64,000 nucleotides of DNA from positions 8,938 through 72,937 of the forward strand of contig JAKSUV010000002.1 in the NCBI GenBank assembly GCA_024408655.1. Direction: 5' to 3'. The notes under the pieces were generated by a model that did no database searches, had not been told where the DNA came from, and saw only the letters and a list, made by a program, of their open reading frames with translations. The translations under genes were made by a program, and so were the position numbers. Shown piece after piece: positions 30,899-41,058 of the stretch; the stretch's first letter is position 1; each line of letters starts with the position of its first letter. Origin of the DNA: Bacilli bacterium (GTDB taxonomy: Bacteria; Bacillota_I; Bacilli_A; RFN20; CAG-826).

Positions 30899-32752
30899 AT
30901 GGAAAAATCAAATCTTAATATTAATGATATTAAAGAAATTAAATCGCCGGATTTTCTTCACGCCCTTAATTACGCGGGGTTAACTGATTTATCTAAATTA
31001 ATTAGAGATAATATTATTAGCGTCACGAGCGCACGCGGAGGCCACTTATCAAGTAATTTAGGAGTAGTAGATTTAACAATCGCGCTCCATCGTAACTTCG
31101 ATTTTAAGAAAAATAAATTAATTTTTGATGTCGGGCATCAGGCGTATACACATAAGATTTTAACGGGCCGTGACATTTCTTCTTTACGGCAAAAGGGTGG
31201 GGTGAGTGGTTTTGTTAAAACCAGTGAATCGCCATATGATATTTTTGAAGCCGGGCATAGTTCCACAAGTCTAAGCGCAGCGTATGCTTACGCTTTAGAC
31301 CGAGATAATAAAGGCCAACATTATGATGTTGTGACTTTAATTGGCGATGCGAGTATCGCTAACGGGGTTGCCTTTGAAGCACTTAACCATATTCCATCAA
31401 GCAATCACAAAGTGATTATTGTTTTAAACGATAACGAAATGGCGATTAGTTCTTCAGTGGGTGGCCTTTCCAACATTTTCCGGAATCTACAAACAAGCCG
31501 TAGTTATATCTTCGTTAAGAAAGGCTTCCGGAAGGTGTTAAGGTTTATCAAACCTTTATATCGTTTAGCGGCGAAAATGAAAAATTGGATCAAGCGCCAT
31601 CTCATTGCGATTAACATCTTTGATGCAATGGGGTTTGTTTATATTGGTGTCGTTGATGGTCATGACTTTAAGGCCATGGACCGGGCTTTTAATAAAGCCA
31701 AGAAGACGCCGAGTAGCGTAGTTATTCACGTGCGCACAATTAAAGGCAAGGGTTATCCACTCGCCGAACAAGATAAAGATGGGTATTGGCATGGAGTGGC
31801 GCCTTTTAATAAAGAAACCGGGAAACCAACCGCTTATCATCCCGATAAAATTAGTTGGTCAAACGTTTACCATGATTTATTAATCAATCAATTAAAGAAT
31901 GATGAGAAATTCTATTTAATTTGCCCGGGCACGTTAATGGGATCAAGTTTAGAAGATGTCGCGAAATTATATCCCGACCGGGTGATTGATACCGGGATTG
32001 CCGAAGAACACGCGGTGATTGTGGCAAGTAATCTAGCTAAGCTAAATTACCATGTCGCAATTTCGATTTATTCCACCTTCATGCAACGCGCGTTCGACCA
32101 AATTTCTCACGATGTGGCAAGAATCCATTCGCCCGTTATTTTCCTCGTTGATCGAAGTGGCCTTATTGGAGCGGATGGGGAAACGCATCAAGGCATCTAT
32201 GATGAGGCGTTTTTAATGAGCACACCACATATTAATGTGATGATGGCGAGTCAAATAAATGACGCTAACGCCGTCTTTAATCAAGCCCTCAAAAATAAAG
32301 AAGCAACCTTTATTCGTTATCCAAGGTCACTAGTAAAAAAGGTTGAACCTACTAATGTAAAGTATAAGAGTTACGAAGTGATTAAACGCGGGCATAAGAC
32401 ATGCGTGATTGGTGTTGGTCCTTTGATGCGCGAACTAAGTGAAGCAATTACTAATTTACCTGTCGATAGTATTCTTCTCTTCCAATTAAAACCGCTGGAG
32501 GAATCACTCATCAAACAATTACTAACTTATCAAAAAATCGTTATTTATACCCCGTATGAAACCTCTGAGGGTGTGGGTGCGACACTTATTCGCGAATTAA
32601 CTCTTCGTGGCTTTAAACACGCGATTTTCCTTAAAGCAGTTCCAACAACTTTTATTACGCACGCAAGCATTACTGAACAACTCGAAGCTAGTGGCTTATC
32701 GGTTAAACAAATGAAGGAGTACATTAAGAAAAATTTATGCGTTACGAAGTAA
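30899..32752 (+). CDS. dxs: 1-deoxy-D-xylulose-5-phosphate synthase
   Basis: GGHLSSNLG, DVGHQAY, GHSSTS, LNDNEM, GIAEEH, DGETHQG. Confidence 0.95.
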   Translation: MEKSNLNINDIKEIKSPDFLHALNYAGLTDLSKLIRDNIISVTSARGGHLSSNLGVVDLTIALHRNFDFKKNKLIFDVGHQAYTHKILTGRDISSLRQKGGVSGFVKTSESPYDIFEAGHSSTSLSAAYAYALDRDNKGQHYDVVTLIGDASIANGVAFEALNHIPSSNHKVIIVLNDNEMAISSSVGGLSNIFRNLQTSRSYIFVKKGFRKVLRFIKPLYRLAAKMKNWIKRHLIAINIFDAMGFVYIGVVDGHDFKAMDRAFNKAKKTPSSVVIHVRTIKGKGYPLAEQDKDGYWHGVAPFNKETGKPTAYHPDKISWSNVYHDLLINQLKNDEKFYLICPGTLMGSSLEDVAKLYPDRVIDTGIAEEHAVIVASNLAKLNYHVAISIYSTFMQRAFDQISHDVARIHSPVIFLVDRSGLIGADGETHQGIYDEAFLMSTPHINVMMASQINDANAVFNQALKNKEATFIRYPRSLVKKVEPTNVKYKSYEVIKRGHKTCVIGVGPLMRELSEAITNLPVDSILLFQLKPLEESLIKQLLTYQKIVIYTPYETSEGVGATLIRELTLRGFKHAIFLKAVPTTFITHASITEQLEASGLSVKQMKEYIKKNLCVTK

Positions 32753-33357
32753 AAACTATTAATAGTGTTAACGAAATTAATTGGGAAAATATTCCCGTGG
32801 CGAAAATTGACAAAGTCATGTGGGTTAAAACTAACCAAGTGCCAACGGCGTTTGCCCAAATGGTGTTTATTAAAAACTATGGCTTTATTGTGCGGATGAC
32901 ATGCCTAGAAGTTAATCCCAAGCGTACCTGCACGCACGATAACGATGACCTCCGGGTCGACTCAGCCCTTGAAGCGTATTTTATGTTTGACGGGGAACGC
33001 TACATGAATCTAGAGAACAACGCTAACGGAGCGAGAAAGCAAGCCATCCGTTATAACCGCGAAAATAAAAAATATTTTTATAATAACGAATTCGGCGGAT
33101 TCAAAGTGACTCCCGAAATCTTTAGTGACCGTTGGCAAATTACCATCGATATTCCCCTTGATCACTTAGTGAAACTTTATGGCAACATCAAGAAAGAAGA
33201 CTTTAAACCTGGCTACAGTTTTACCGGGAACTTTTATAAAGTTCATGAATTAGTGGGGACGCCGTCTGAACATTATCTCGCTTGGCAAGAGATCCATAGT
33301 CCGTTCCCGGAATGTCACCTTAAAGAACAATTTGGTGAGTTTGTAATTATTGCATAA
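32737..33357 (+). CDS. Carbohydrate-binding family 9-like (DOMON-type) protein
   Basis: DSALEAYF, YMNLENNANG, WQITIDIP, GNFYK, HYLAW pattern. Confidence 0.7.
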   Translation: MRYEVKTINSVNEINWENIPVAKIDKVMWVKTNQVPTAFAQMVFIKNYGFIVRMTCLEVNPKRTCTHDNDDLRVDSALEAYFMFDGERYMNLENNANGARKQAIRYNRENKKYFYNNEFGGFKVTPEIFSDRWQITIDIPLDHLVKLYGNIKKEDFKPGYSFTGNFYKVHELVGTPSEHYLAWQEIHSPFPECHLKEQFGEFVIIA

Positions 33358-33377
33358 TTTGGTTAACATAATATTGT

Positions 33378-34571
33378 ATGGCGAAAGTCATCATGCATGT
33401 CGACCTTAATTATTTTTTTGTCCGCTGCGAAGAACTTAAAAATCCACGATTAGTGAATCAACCAGTCATGATTGGTGGGGTGGGACGAGCGGGGATTGTT
33501 TCGACTTGTTCCTATAAGGCCCGTGCGTATGGAGTAAGAAGTGGGATGCCAAGTTATAAAGCGCTTGCGCTTTGCCCAGAACTTATTGTCATTAAAGGTG
33601 ACTATCATTTTTATTCATTAATGAGCAAAGAATTCTTCGCGTATGCGCGCAAATATACACATATAATAGAAGAGGCCTCAATTGATGAGTGCTATATGGA
33701 TATTACTTCGTTAGCGAAAAAGACTGACGATGTCCCCGGGTTATTAAAAAAGTTCCAGAGTGGTTTATTAAAGAAAACTGGTTTAAAGTGTTCGATTGGC
33801 GTCGCGCCGACAAAATTTTTAGCCAAGATGGGGAGCGACATGAAAAAGCCGATGGGAATTACCATTATCCATAAACGCGATATTAAGGATAAGATTTATC
33901 CTTTACCCATTACTGACTTCTTTGGGATTGGCAAAAAAACCGCGCCGCGCCTAAAGGCGATGGGTATTAAAACAATTGGTGACTTAGCCGAATTTATTAA
34001 AGACGAAGGAAAAGCGGAAGAATATTTTGGTAGCTTCTATCTTGACTTAAAAGCGTGTCTTGAAGGAACTTCAAGTGACACCGTTCATACCGAATATGAT
34101 GATCCGAAAAGTATTGGTAACTCGATGACCCTCATGCGTGACACGGCGGATGAAGAAGAAATTGCTCGAGCCATTATGTTAATGGCGAAAGAAGTATCTA
34201 TGCGCGCTAAGGGACAAAAAGTTAAAGGGAAAACAATTCAACTCGTTTTAAAAGACCCGACCTTTAAGGTCCACAATAAATCAATGACCGTGAGTGAGGC
34301 GATTGTTGAGGCTAATGATATTCACGCGATTGCGAATCGCTTATATCTAGATAATTATCGGGGTGAAACGTTCCGTTTAGTGGGGGTGACACTCCAAAAT
34401 TTAGTGCCACTTCATGAAGAGAATATTCAGATGTCATTATTTAATTATGAGGACTACGAAAAAACGGATGATGTGAATAATATTATTCAAAACGTAAACC
34501 GGAAGTTTAAAAAGAAAGTGGTGGATAAAGCCTCGCTAATGTTAAAGGAGAAAGGGCATGGAAATCGTTGA
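33378..34571 (+). CDS. dinB: DNA polymerase IV
   Basis: HVDLNYFF, SYKARAYGV, SIDE, KFLAKMGSD, RLVGV; C-terminal QMSLF clamp-binding motif. Confidence 0.96.
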   Translation: MAKVIMHVDLNYFFVRCEELKNPRLVNQPVMIGGVGRAGIVSTCSYKARAYGVRSGMPSYKALALCPELIVIKGDYHFYSLMSKEFFAYARKYTHIIEEASIDECYMDITSLAKKTDDVPGLLKKFQSGLLKKTGLKCSIGVAPTKFLAKMGSDMKKPMGITIIHKRDIKDKIYPLPITDFFGIGKKTAPRLKAMGIKTIGDLAEFIKDEGKAEEYFGSFYLDLKACLEGTSSDTVHTEYDDPKSIGNSMTLMRDTADEEEIARAIMLMAKEVSMRAKGQKVKGKTIQLVLKDPTFKVHNKSMTVSEAIVEANDIHAIANRLYLDNYRGETFRLVGVTLQNLVPLHEENIQMSLFNYEDYEKTDDVNNIIQNVNRKFKKKVVDKASLMLKEKGHGNR

Positions 34572-35439
34572 CGCGTTAGCGAAATTCTATCAAAACCTTC
34601 TCGCGGTTAAAGGCTGTGCGAAGACCACCGTTACATCTTATGATCAAGATTTAAAACAATTTTTTATCTTATTTAAAGATAAGAAGACTACTGACGATTT
34701 AGAGCCCACTGATTTAACGGATTTCTTAGCGAGTGAATTAAATAAAGGTCACGCGGTTTCAACCGCCCTCCGTCGTCTCACTGCTTCCCGGGCCTTCTAC
34801 GCTTTTTTAGTTAGCGAAAACATTATCCATATCGCTTTACCAAAAATCTCTGCGCCCAAAACCATTAAAACTTTGCCTAATGTTTTAAGCGTTGAAGAAG
34901 TGGAAGCGTTGTTAAACGCTCCCGATGTTAATAAGGGAGATGGGGTACGTGACCGGGCGATGCTTGAGTTAATGTATGGAAGTGGGCTCCGAGTAAGTGA
35001 ACTCATTAATGTCCAAATTAAAGATATTAACTTTGTTAAACACACGATTACTATCCGCGGAAAAGGGAGCAAGATGCGGCGAGTAAGCGTTGGTGAATAC
35101 GCCCTTGAATGGATTGCTAATTATATTAATCATGTCCGTTGTCACAACATTGGACGCACGAATAAATATTTATTTTTAAATCGTTATGGCGAACCATTAA
35201 GCCGCCAATACTTTTTTAAGTTAGTCAAAAAATATGCCGCTCAGGTTGGGATTAGCGAAAACATTTCGCCTCATACTTTGCGGCATAGCTTTGCTACCCA
35301 TATGCTCGAAAATGGGGCTAAGCTTATCTCGGTTCAAGAAATGCTTGGTCATGAAAATTTGGCGACCACCCAAATTTATACTCACGTTTCAACTAGACGC
35401 ATTAAAGAAGCATATGATTTATATATCAAAGACAAGTAG
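34558..35439 (+). CDS. xerD: Site-specific tyrosine recombinase XerD
   Basis: GLRVSE, GKGSK, HTLRHSFATH, LGH, TQIY; xerD-deoB order as ripX-drm in B. subtilis. Confidence 0.9.
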   Translation: MEIVDALAKFYQNLLAVKGCAKTTVTSYDQDLKQFFILFKDKKTTDDLEPTDLTDFLASELNKGHAVSTALRRLTASRAFYAFLVSENIIHIALPKISAPKTIKTLPNVLSVEEVEALLNAPDVNKGDGVRDRAMLELMYGSGLRVSELINVQIKDINFVKHTITIRGKGSKMRRVSVGEYALEWIANYINHVRCHNIGRTNKYLFLNRYGEPLSRQYFFKLVKKYAAQVGISENISPHTLRHSFATHMLENGAKLISVQEMLGHENLATTQIYTHVSTRRIKEAYDLYIKDK

Positions 35440-35455
35440 TTTATAATATAAAAGG

Positions 35456-36649
35456 ATGAAAAAGTATCAACGGATCTTTGTAATTGTTATGGATAGTCTT
35501 GGGGTCGGCGAGATGCCTGACGCCGCATTATTTCACGATGCAAATAGTAATACCCTTAAACATATCATTGAAAAAGCCGGGCCGATTAACGCCCCAACTT
35601 TAGAAAAACTTGGGATGGGTGATTTTGTGAATATCGGCTTTAAGAAAGTCAATCATCCTCATTCCTACACCTCTATTATGTGCGAAACGAGTAATGGTAA
35701 AGACACGATGACGGGACACTGGGAAATGATGGGAATTAATACAACAAAGCCATTCCAAACTTTTACTGATACAGGCTTCCCACAGAGTTTAGTTGATGAA
35801 TTAAGCAAGGCTACCGGTTATAAATTTATTGGTAATTACGCTAGTAGTGGAACAAAAATAATTGAACTTCTTGGCGAAGAACATATGCGTGATAAATCAC
35901 TCATCCTTTATACAAGTAGTGATTCCGTTCTTCAAATTGCCGCTCACGAAGAGGTGATTCCGCTTCAAGAACTTTATCGCGTCTGCGAAATCGCTCGTAA
36001 GATATGCATGAAACCTGAATATTTTGTCGGTCGGATTATTGCGCGCCCATTTGTCGGAAAAGATAAAACAAGTTTTAAACGCATCACAGGTGACCGGCAT
36101 GACATTGCGGTTTCACCAAGCGAAGCAACGGTGCTTGATATATTAAAAGAAAATCATATTGCTACGGTTGGGGTTGGCAAAATTGGCGATATCTTTAATC
36201 AACAAGGTATTAGCAAGTCGATTAAAACAAGAAATAATGTCGAAGGAATGCAAGTAACAATCGACTTAGCCAAGAAAGAAAATAATCCCGGACTTTACTT
36301 TGTAAACCTTGTCGAATTTGATAGCGAATTCGGTCATCGACGTGACCCAAAAGGCTATAAAGGCTGCATTGAAGAATTTGACCAATACTTAGCGAAGTTA
36401 TTACCCGTTATGCGTGATGATGATTTACTAATTTTGACCGCCGATCATGGCAATGACCCGACGATGCCTGGTAGCGATCACACTCGCGAAAAAGTTCCTT
36501 TTATTGCTTATTCTAAGCAAATAAGTGGTGGAAAAATGCTCAGTGAACGTTCGACTTTCGCCGATATTGGTGCGAGTGTTTTAATTAACTTCAATTTAAA
36601 GAAAAAACCGCATCTTCTTGGTAAAGAAATATCCGAATTATTTTTATAA
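35456..36649 (+). CDS. deoB: Phosphopentomutase
   Basis: DSLGVG, GKDTMTGHWE, GHRRD, ADHGNDP. Confidence 0.97.
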   Translation: MKKYQRIFVIVMDSLGVGEMPDAALFHDANSNTLKHIIEKAGPINAPTLEKLGMGDFVNIGFKKVNHPHSYTSIMCETSNGKDTMTGHWEMMGINTTKPFQTFTDTGFPQSLVDELSKATGYKFIGNYASSGTKIIELLGEEHMRDKSLILYTSSDSVLQIAAHEEVIPLQELYRVCEIARKICMKPEYFVGRIIARPFVGKDKTSFKRITGDRHDIAVSPSEATVLDILKENHIATVGVGKIGDIFNQQGISKSIKTRNNVEGMQVTIDLAKKENNPGLYFVNLVEFDSEFGHRRDPKGYKGCIEEFDQYLAKLLPVMRDDDLLILTADHGNDPTMPGSDHTREKVPFIAYSKQISGGKMLSERSTFADIGASVLINFNLKKKPHLLGKEISELFL

Positions 36650-36709
36650 AATAATTTTTTGCCAAATATTATCTAAGCGTTGTATAATTATTGCATAATT
36701 AAAGATTTT

Positions 36710-39406
36710 ATGGCGCTTTCAATTTTTATAGTTATTATCTGCTCACTCAGCGTTGTAGGAATGGTCGGAGTAGTTTTGTTTTTGCTTCCACTGATTAAGC
36801 CATATAACAAGCTCCCGCAATTGTATAAAGATTTAATTATCGGTACGCTCTTCCTTCTTTTAAATATTATTTTAATGAGTTTCAGCGTAGTTGGTGGTGA
36901 AGGCGAAGCACAAATTCGCTTTTCGCCTTGTATATTACCTCCACTAGTGGTTTCACTATTATTTAATTACCCTGCTGCTTTGGTGACCACTATTGGCAGT
37001 TTCTTCTACCGCACCTTCTTTAACTTTACATCAGTTGATTTAATTCGTTATAGTTCCGCTTTTAGTATCTTAATCGCAATGGTGATTGGAGCGTTATTGC
37101 AGCATTACATCTTTAATAAAAAAGAAACTGGCGTCCGTTTAAACTACGTTTATGGTTTCTTTATTGGTAGCATTGTTGAAACCATTAGAATGTTCACTAC
37201 CATCATCGCCAACATGGATATAATTGATCTTATTTATCCCTCCATAGTTATAATGGATATTTTTTCAATCTTCACGGCTGGTATCACCACTGCCTTTAGC
37301 GTACTTATTTTGATGATTTATAGGAAAGAAAGCATTCGTTTACGTCTCCGCCACGATGATCGGATCAATTCGAAAGTGCAAAAACGAACATTAGGCGCGA
37401 TTGTGCTTTGCTCCCTTATTTCCCTCATTCTAACTAGTTCTGTTGCTAACAATCAAGCAAAAATTAATACTAATGCCACCATTGTTAACGCTAACTACAA
37501 CATTGCTAACGAGATTCATAACACTAGAATTCCGGACCCGGAGAAAAAAGAATCAGAATGGTCGATTGCTCTCGCTAACATTAAACAGTACGTTAAAACT
37601 CGTTCTGTTCAAAAAACCGGCTATATTGTTATTATTACTGACCAAGATATAGTATTGGATGGCGGCACGTGCAAAAAAGGCGAAATATTTGCCACCCATA
37701 TGGATCAACTTTCGTTACGCGGTATTCCGTTTAAATTATCAAGTGGTCGCACCATATGGGAAGATGAGGAAAAGAATAATGTGGTAGTTCGTAATTGGCG
37801 AAATGAAGATTACGCAATGGCTTGGACAGACGTCTCGTCCTACACACAACCAGACGAGATTTGGATTCCATATGCTTTTCATATTGTTTCGCTAATTCCG
37901 ATGACTGAAATTGATGCTAACTTTGGTGTTTCTGTCCGTATTTCGGTGTATTTACAAATAATGATATTCGCTATTCTCTACCTTATTATCATTCGTTTTA
38001 TTAGTAAGAAAGTTGTGAAAAATATTACTGATATCAACTCAACATTGATCGATATCTCGGAAGGCAATTTAAACGCTAAGGTTGACGCTACCGGTTCACG
38101 TGAATTTGTTACTTTAAGTCAAAACATCAATCTTGCCGTCGGTTCACTTAAGAATTATTCCGACGAAATATCCCGTCGTCTTGAACAAGAAACTGAGTTA
38201 GCCATTAACATTCAAAAGAACTCTGTTATGACAAACTTCCCGAATGAACCTAACTTTGAAGTTTATGGTAGTATGCGAACGGCTCAAGAAATTGGTGGCG
38301 ACTTCTACGAGTATATTAAATTAAGTGACGACAAAGTCGTCTTCTTACTCGCTGACGTTATCGGAACCGGCATCGCCGCGGCCATGTACATGGTGCGCGC
38401 TAAGACTTTCCTACGTACTCTCTTAGTGCTTGATGAAAAGACCAAGTCAATTAATTTATCATCTGTTGTAAATCGGATGAATCAAGAATTCGCAACTGAT
38501 AACATTATGAAAAGTGGGATGTCAATGTGGATTGGTTTACTCGACATGAAGACGAATACTTTACAATATATTAGCGCCGATCACCCCGCGCCACTCGTTG
38601 CACTTGAAGATAAAGTCTATCGTCCATTACCTTGTCGCTCAAACGTCTATATCGGTATCGAAAAAGAGTATAACTACGAAGTAGAAACCATCACTTTTGC
38701 TCCGGGTAGCGAAATCTTACTTTATACTGCTGGTGTCACCCAAATTCGTAATAAGAGCGGGCAGATGTTTGGTCTAGAAGCGCTGACTGAGTTAGTCAAT
38801 TCAACTAGATACTTTACGATGAAACAATTAGTACAAAATATTAATGACCGCCTTGATGAATATAACAAAGGTGGCGTCCAAATTAATGATGACTTAACCT
38901 TCTTAAGCTTTGCTTTCACTGGCTTAAAAGATAAGAAGCCCGAACACGAAATTACCTTAAAAGCGATTCCGAACAACACACCGATTGCCACGAAGTTTGT
39001 TGAGTCCATTATGCAACAATATAACTGCTCACAAAAATCACAAGCGATTATGTTAATCGCGGTGGACGAACTCTTTAGTAACATTGCCTACTATGCCTAT
39101 AAGGGTAAAGAAGGCGGTGGTAATGGTACCATCCGGATTGAAATCAAAGACAAAGTCTTTAAGATGCAATTAATCGATAACGGCATCCCCTTTAACCCGT
39201 TAGCCCACTTAGATCCTAATTACATCAATAGTAGCGCCGAAGAAAGAACTAACAAAGGTGGTTTAGGTATCTTCATGGTCCGCCGGAGCGTTGATGATAT
39301 GCAATACGTTTACGAAAATGGCCAAAACATTTTGACCATTATTAAGACCATCCCAGAAATGCACGAAGAAGAATTTAAAGATTCTTATTCCACGACCCGC
39401 GATTAA
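36710..39406 (+). CDS. Membrane sensor with LytS-like TMs, HAMP, SpoIIE/PP2C-like and RsbW-type HATPase domains
   Basis: Multi-TM N-terminus; IGGDFY, LADV, DDLT; DELFSNIAYY, DNGIPFNP, GGLGIF; likely ATG at 36710. Confidence 0.85.
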   Translation: MALSIFIVIICSLSVVGMVGVVLFLLPLIKPYNKLPQLYKDLIIGTLFLLLNIILMSFSVVGGEGEAQIRFSPCILPPLVVSLLFNYPAALVTTIGSFFYRTFFNFTSVDLIRYSSAFSILIAMVIGALLQHYIFNKKETGVRLNYVYGFFIGSIVETIRMFTTIIANMDIIDLIYPSIVIMDIFSIFTAGITTAFSVLILMIYRKESIRLRLRHDDRINSKVQKRTLGAIVLCSLISLILTSSVANNQAKINTNATIVNANYNIANEIHNTRIPDPEKKESEWSIALANIKQYVKTRSVQKTGYIVIITDQDIVLDGGTCKKGEIFATHMDQLSLRGIPFKLSSGRTIWEDEEKNNVVVRNWRNEDYAMAWTDVSSYTQPDEIWIPYAFHIVSLIPMTEIDANFGVSVRISVYLQIMIFAILYLIIIRFISKKVVKNITDINSTLIDISEGNLNAKVDATGSREFVTLSQNINLAVGSLKNYSDEISRRLEQETELAINIQKNSVMTNFPNEPNFEVYGSMRTAQEIGGDFYEYIKLSDDKVVFLLADVIGTGIAAAMYMVRAKTFLRTLLVLDEKTKSINLSSVVNRMNQEFATDNIMKSGMSMWIGLLDMKTNTLQYISADHPAPLVALEDKVYRPLPCRSNVYIGIEKEYNYEVETITFAPGSEILLYTAGVTQIRNKSGQMFGLEALTELVNSTRYFTMKQLVQNINDRLDEYNKGGVQINDDLTFLSFAFTGLKDKKPEHEITLKAIPNNTPIATKFVESIMQQYNCSQKSQAIMLIAVDELFSNIAYYAYKGKEGGGNGTIRIEIKDKVFKMQLIDNGIPFNPLAHLDPNYINSSAEERTNKGGLGIFMVRRSVDDMQYVYENGQNILTIIKTIPEMHEEEFKDSYSTTRD

Positions 39407-39424
39407 TCCATTGATTAATTAACA

Positions 39425-40204
39425 ATGAAAAGATTCAATAAATTCAGTCGCGACCAAAAAATCATTTTCTATAATATTGTCGGAATTGTTGTTCTCTTTT
39501 TCTTGTGGTGGATTGTTTCGGCAATTGTTAATAATCCCAATTTCCCAACACCGATTGTTGTTACTCCAACCTTCTTTAGCTTATTAGGAGTCGGTTACAC
39601 CTACGTCGCGATTGGCGGCACTTTCTTTCGTTTACTAATTGCTTTCCTAATTAGTTTTCTAATTGGCGCGATTCTAGGCACGCTTGGTGGCTACTTTTAT
39701 CGCTTTGACGCCATTATGAAACCAATCGTTGGTTTCTTTCGGGCGTTACCAACCGCCGCGGTGATGCTAATTGTAGCAGCGTTAGTGAACCCGGTCTTAG
39801 GTACCATTATTATTACTACTTTAATCATGTTTCCGATTATTTATGCTGCCTTTAAAGATGGAGTGGTGCAAATTAATAAAGATTATAATGACAAGATGAA
39901 AATGGATAATGTTACTTTAAAGAATTCGTTCTTTAAGATTTATGTACCGTTATTATCCCCTTATATGATGCTAGGGATCTCTCAAGCCGTGGGGTTAGGA
40001 TTAAAGGTTTCCGTCATGAGTGAAGTGGTGGGGAAAAGTTCAGGAGCGATTGCCGGGTTAGGACGCCTAATTATTGATACTGAATCGCCAACGGAAAAAG
40101 TTGCCTATTGTCTTATTACTATATTAATAATAATTATTATTGATATACTGCTTTATTTTGTGAAGCGAGGATTAAAGGTTTATGCTCACCGAAAATCAAA
40201 CTAA
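39425..40204 (+). CDS. ABC transporter permease (NitT/TauC/SsuC-like)
   Basis: W..S..P.P N-terminus, ~6 TM helices, EAA-like loop, V..E motif. Confidence 0.75.
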   Translation: MKRFNKFSRDQKIIFYNIVGIVVLFFLWWIVSAIVNNPNFPTPIVVTPTFFSLLGVGYTYVAIGGTFFRLLIAFLISFLIGAILGTLGGYFYRFDAIMKPIVGFFRALPTAAVMLIVAALVNPVLGTIIITTLIMFPIIYAAFKDGVVQINKDYNDKMKMDNVTLKNSFFKIYVPLLSPYMMLGISQAVGLGLKVSVMSEVVGKSSGAIAGLGRLIIDTESPTEKVAYCLITILIIIIIDILLYFVKRGLKVYAHRKSN

Positions 40205-40925
40205 ATTAAAAGCGCTAATTAAAACAAGTAAACATATTGTCTTTTTAACCGGTGCGGGTATTTCTAAACCAAGTGGAATACCAGATATCCGTGGGGCCGA
40301 TGGCTTAAGTAAACGCCAAGCGAATGATATTAAATATGGGGCAACCTATGAAGAAATCGTTTCCCATAGTTACTTTATGATGGAAACCGCCAAATTCTAT
40401 CGTTATTACTTTAACGAGATGATTTATTTAGACGCAAAACCCAATAAAGCGCACCTTGCGATTACGCGACTAGGTGATAAGGCAACTGTCGTTACCCAAA
40501 ACATTGACGCCCTCCATACGCGTGCGGGTTCAAAAGACGTCATTGAAGTACATGGATCAACCTATAAAAATCGGTGCCTTGGATGCCACCAATTTTATAC
40601 CCTTGATGAGGTGCTAAAATTAAGGGACGAAAATGGGGTACCAAAATGCCCAAAATGTGGCAAGGTAATTAAGCCCGAAGTTGTCCTCTTTGAGGAAGCC
40701 TTAAATGAAGCGGATATTGATGCGGCCGTGAACGCGATGATGCACGCCGATTTACTTATAGTAATCGGGAGCAGTTTAGTGGTGAACCCGGCGGCTAGTT
40801 TGCCTTTCTATTATCCGGGTAAGAACTTCGTCATTATTAATAAAGAACCAACGCCTTTAGACGCTCGGGCGAGCATCATCATCCGGGAACCAGTCGAAAG
40901 CTTTATTGACGAGGTCATAGACTAA
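40182..40925 (+). CDS. cobB: NAD-dependent protein deacylase (Sir2 family)
   Basis: GAGIS..SGIPD, QNID, HG, two CxxC, GSSLVV. Confidence 0.92.
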   Translation: MLTENQTKLKALIKTSKHIVFLTGAGISKPSGIPDIRGADGLSKRQANDIKYGATYEEIVSHSYFMMETAKFYRYYFNEMIYLDAKPNKAHLAITRLGDKATVVTQNIDALHTRAGSKDVIEVHGSTYKNRCLGCHQFYTLDEVLKLRDENGVPKCPKCGKVIKPEVVLFEEALNEADIDAAVNAMMHADLLIVIGSSLVVNPAASLPFYYPGKNFVIINKEPTPLDARASIIIREPVESFIDEVID

Positions 40926-40950
40926 TTTAGTAGTTTTATAGTAAATGTGG

Positions 40951-40984
40951 AAAAGTCACATTTCGGTGGGAAAGTGGCTTTTTT
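40951..40984. terminator. Probable bidirectional terminator between convergent transcription units
   Basis: AAAAGTCAC...GTGGCTTTTTT hairpin flanked by A- and T-tracts. Confidence 0.6.
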
Positions 40985-41058
40985 ACTTCCAAATTTTATG
41001 TTTAGTATTTTTTGTTATATTCTTAAAAATACCATAAATACGCTACTTTATACATTTA

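Noticed and set aside
34558-35439. Tyrosine recombinase as a phage or ICE integrase
   Set aside because: Length (~295 aa), xerD-deoB synteny and the nearby dif indicate housekeeping XerD; no mobile cargo
40182-40925. Sir2 protein as an anti-phage NADase (Thoeris/DSR)
   Set aside because: Classical Zn-binding CobB-type deacylase of ~250 aa with no defence partners
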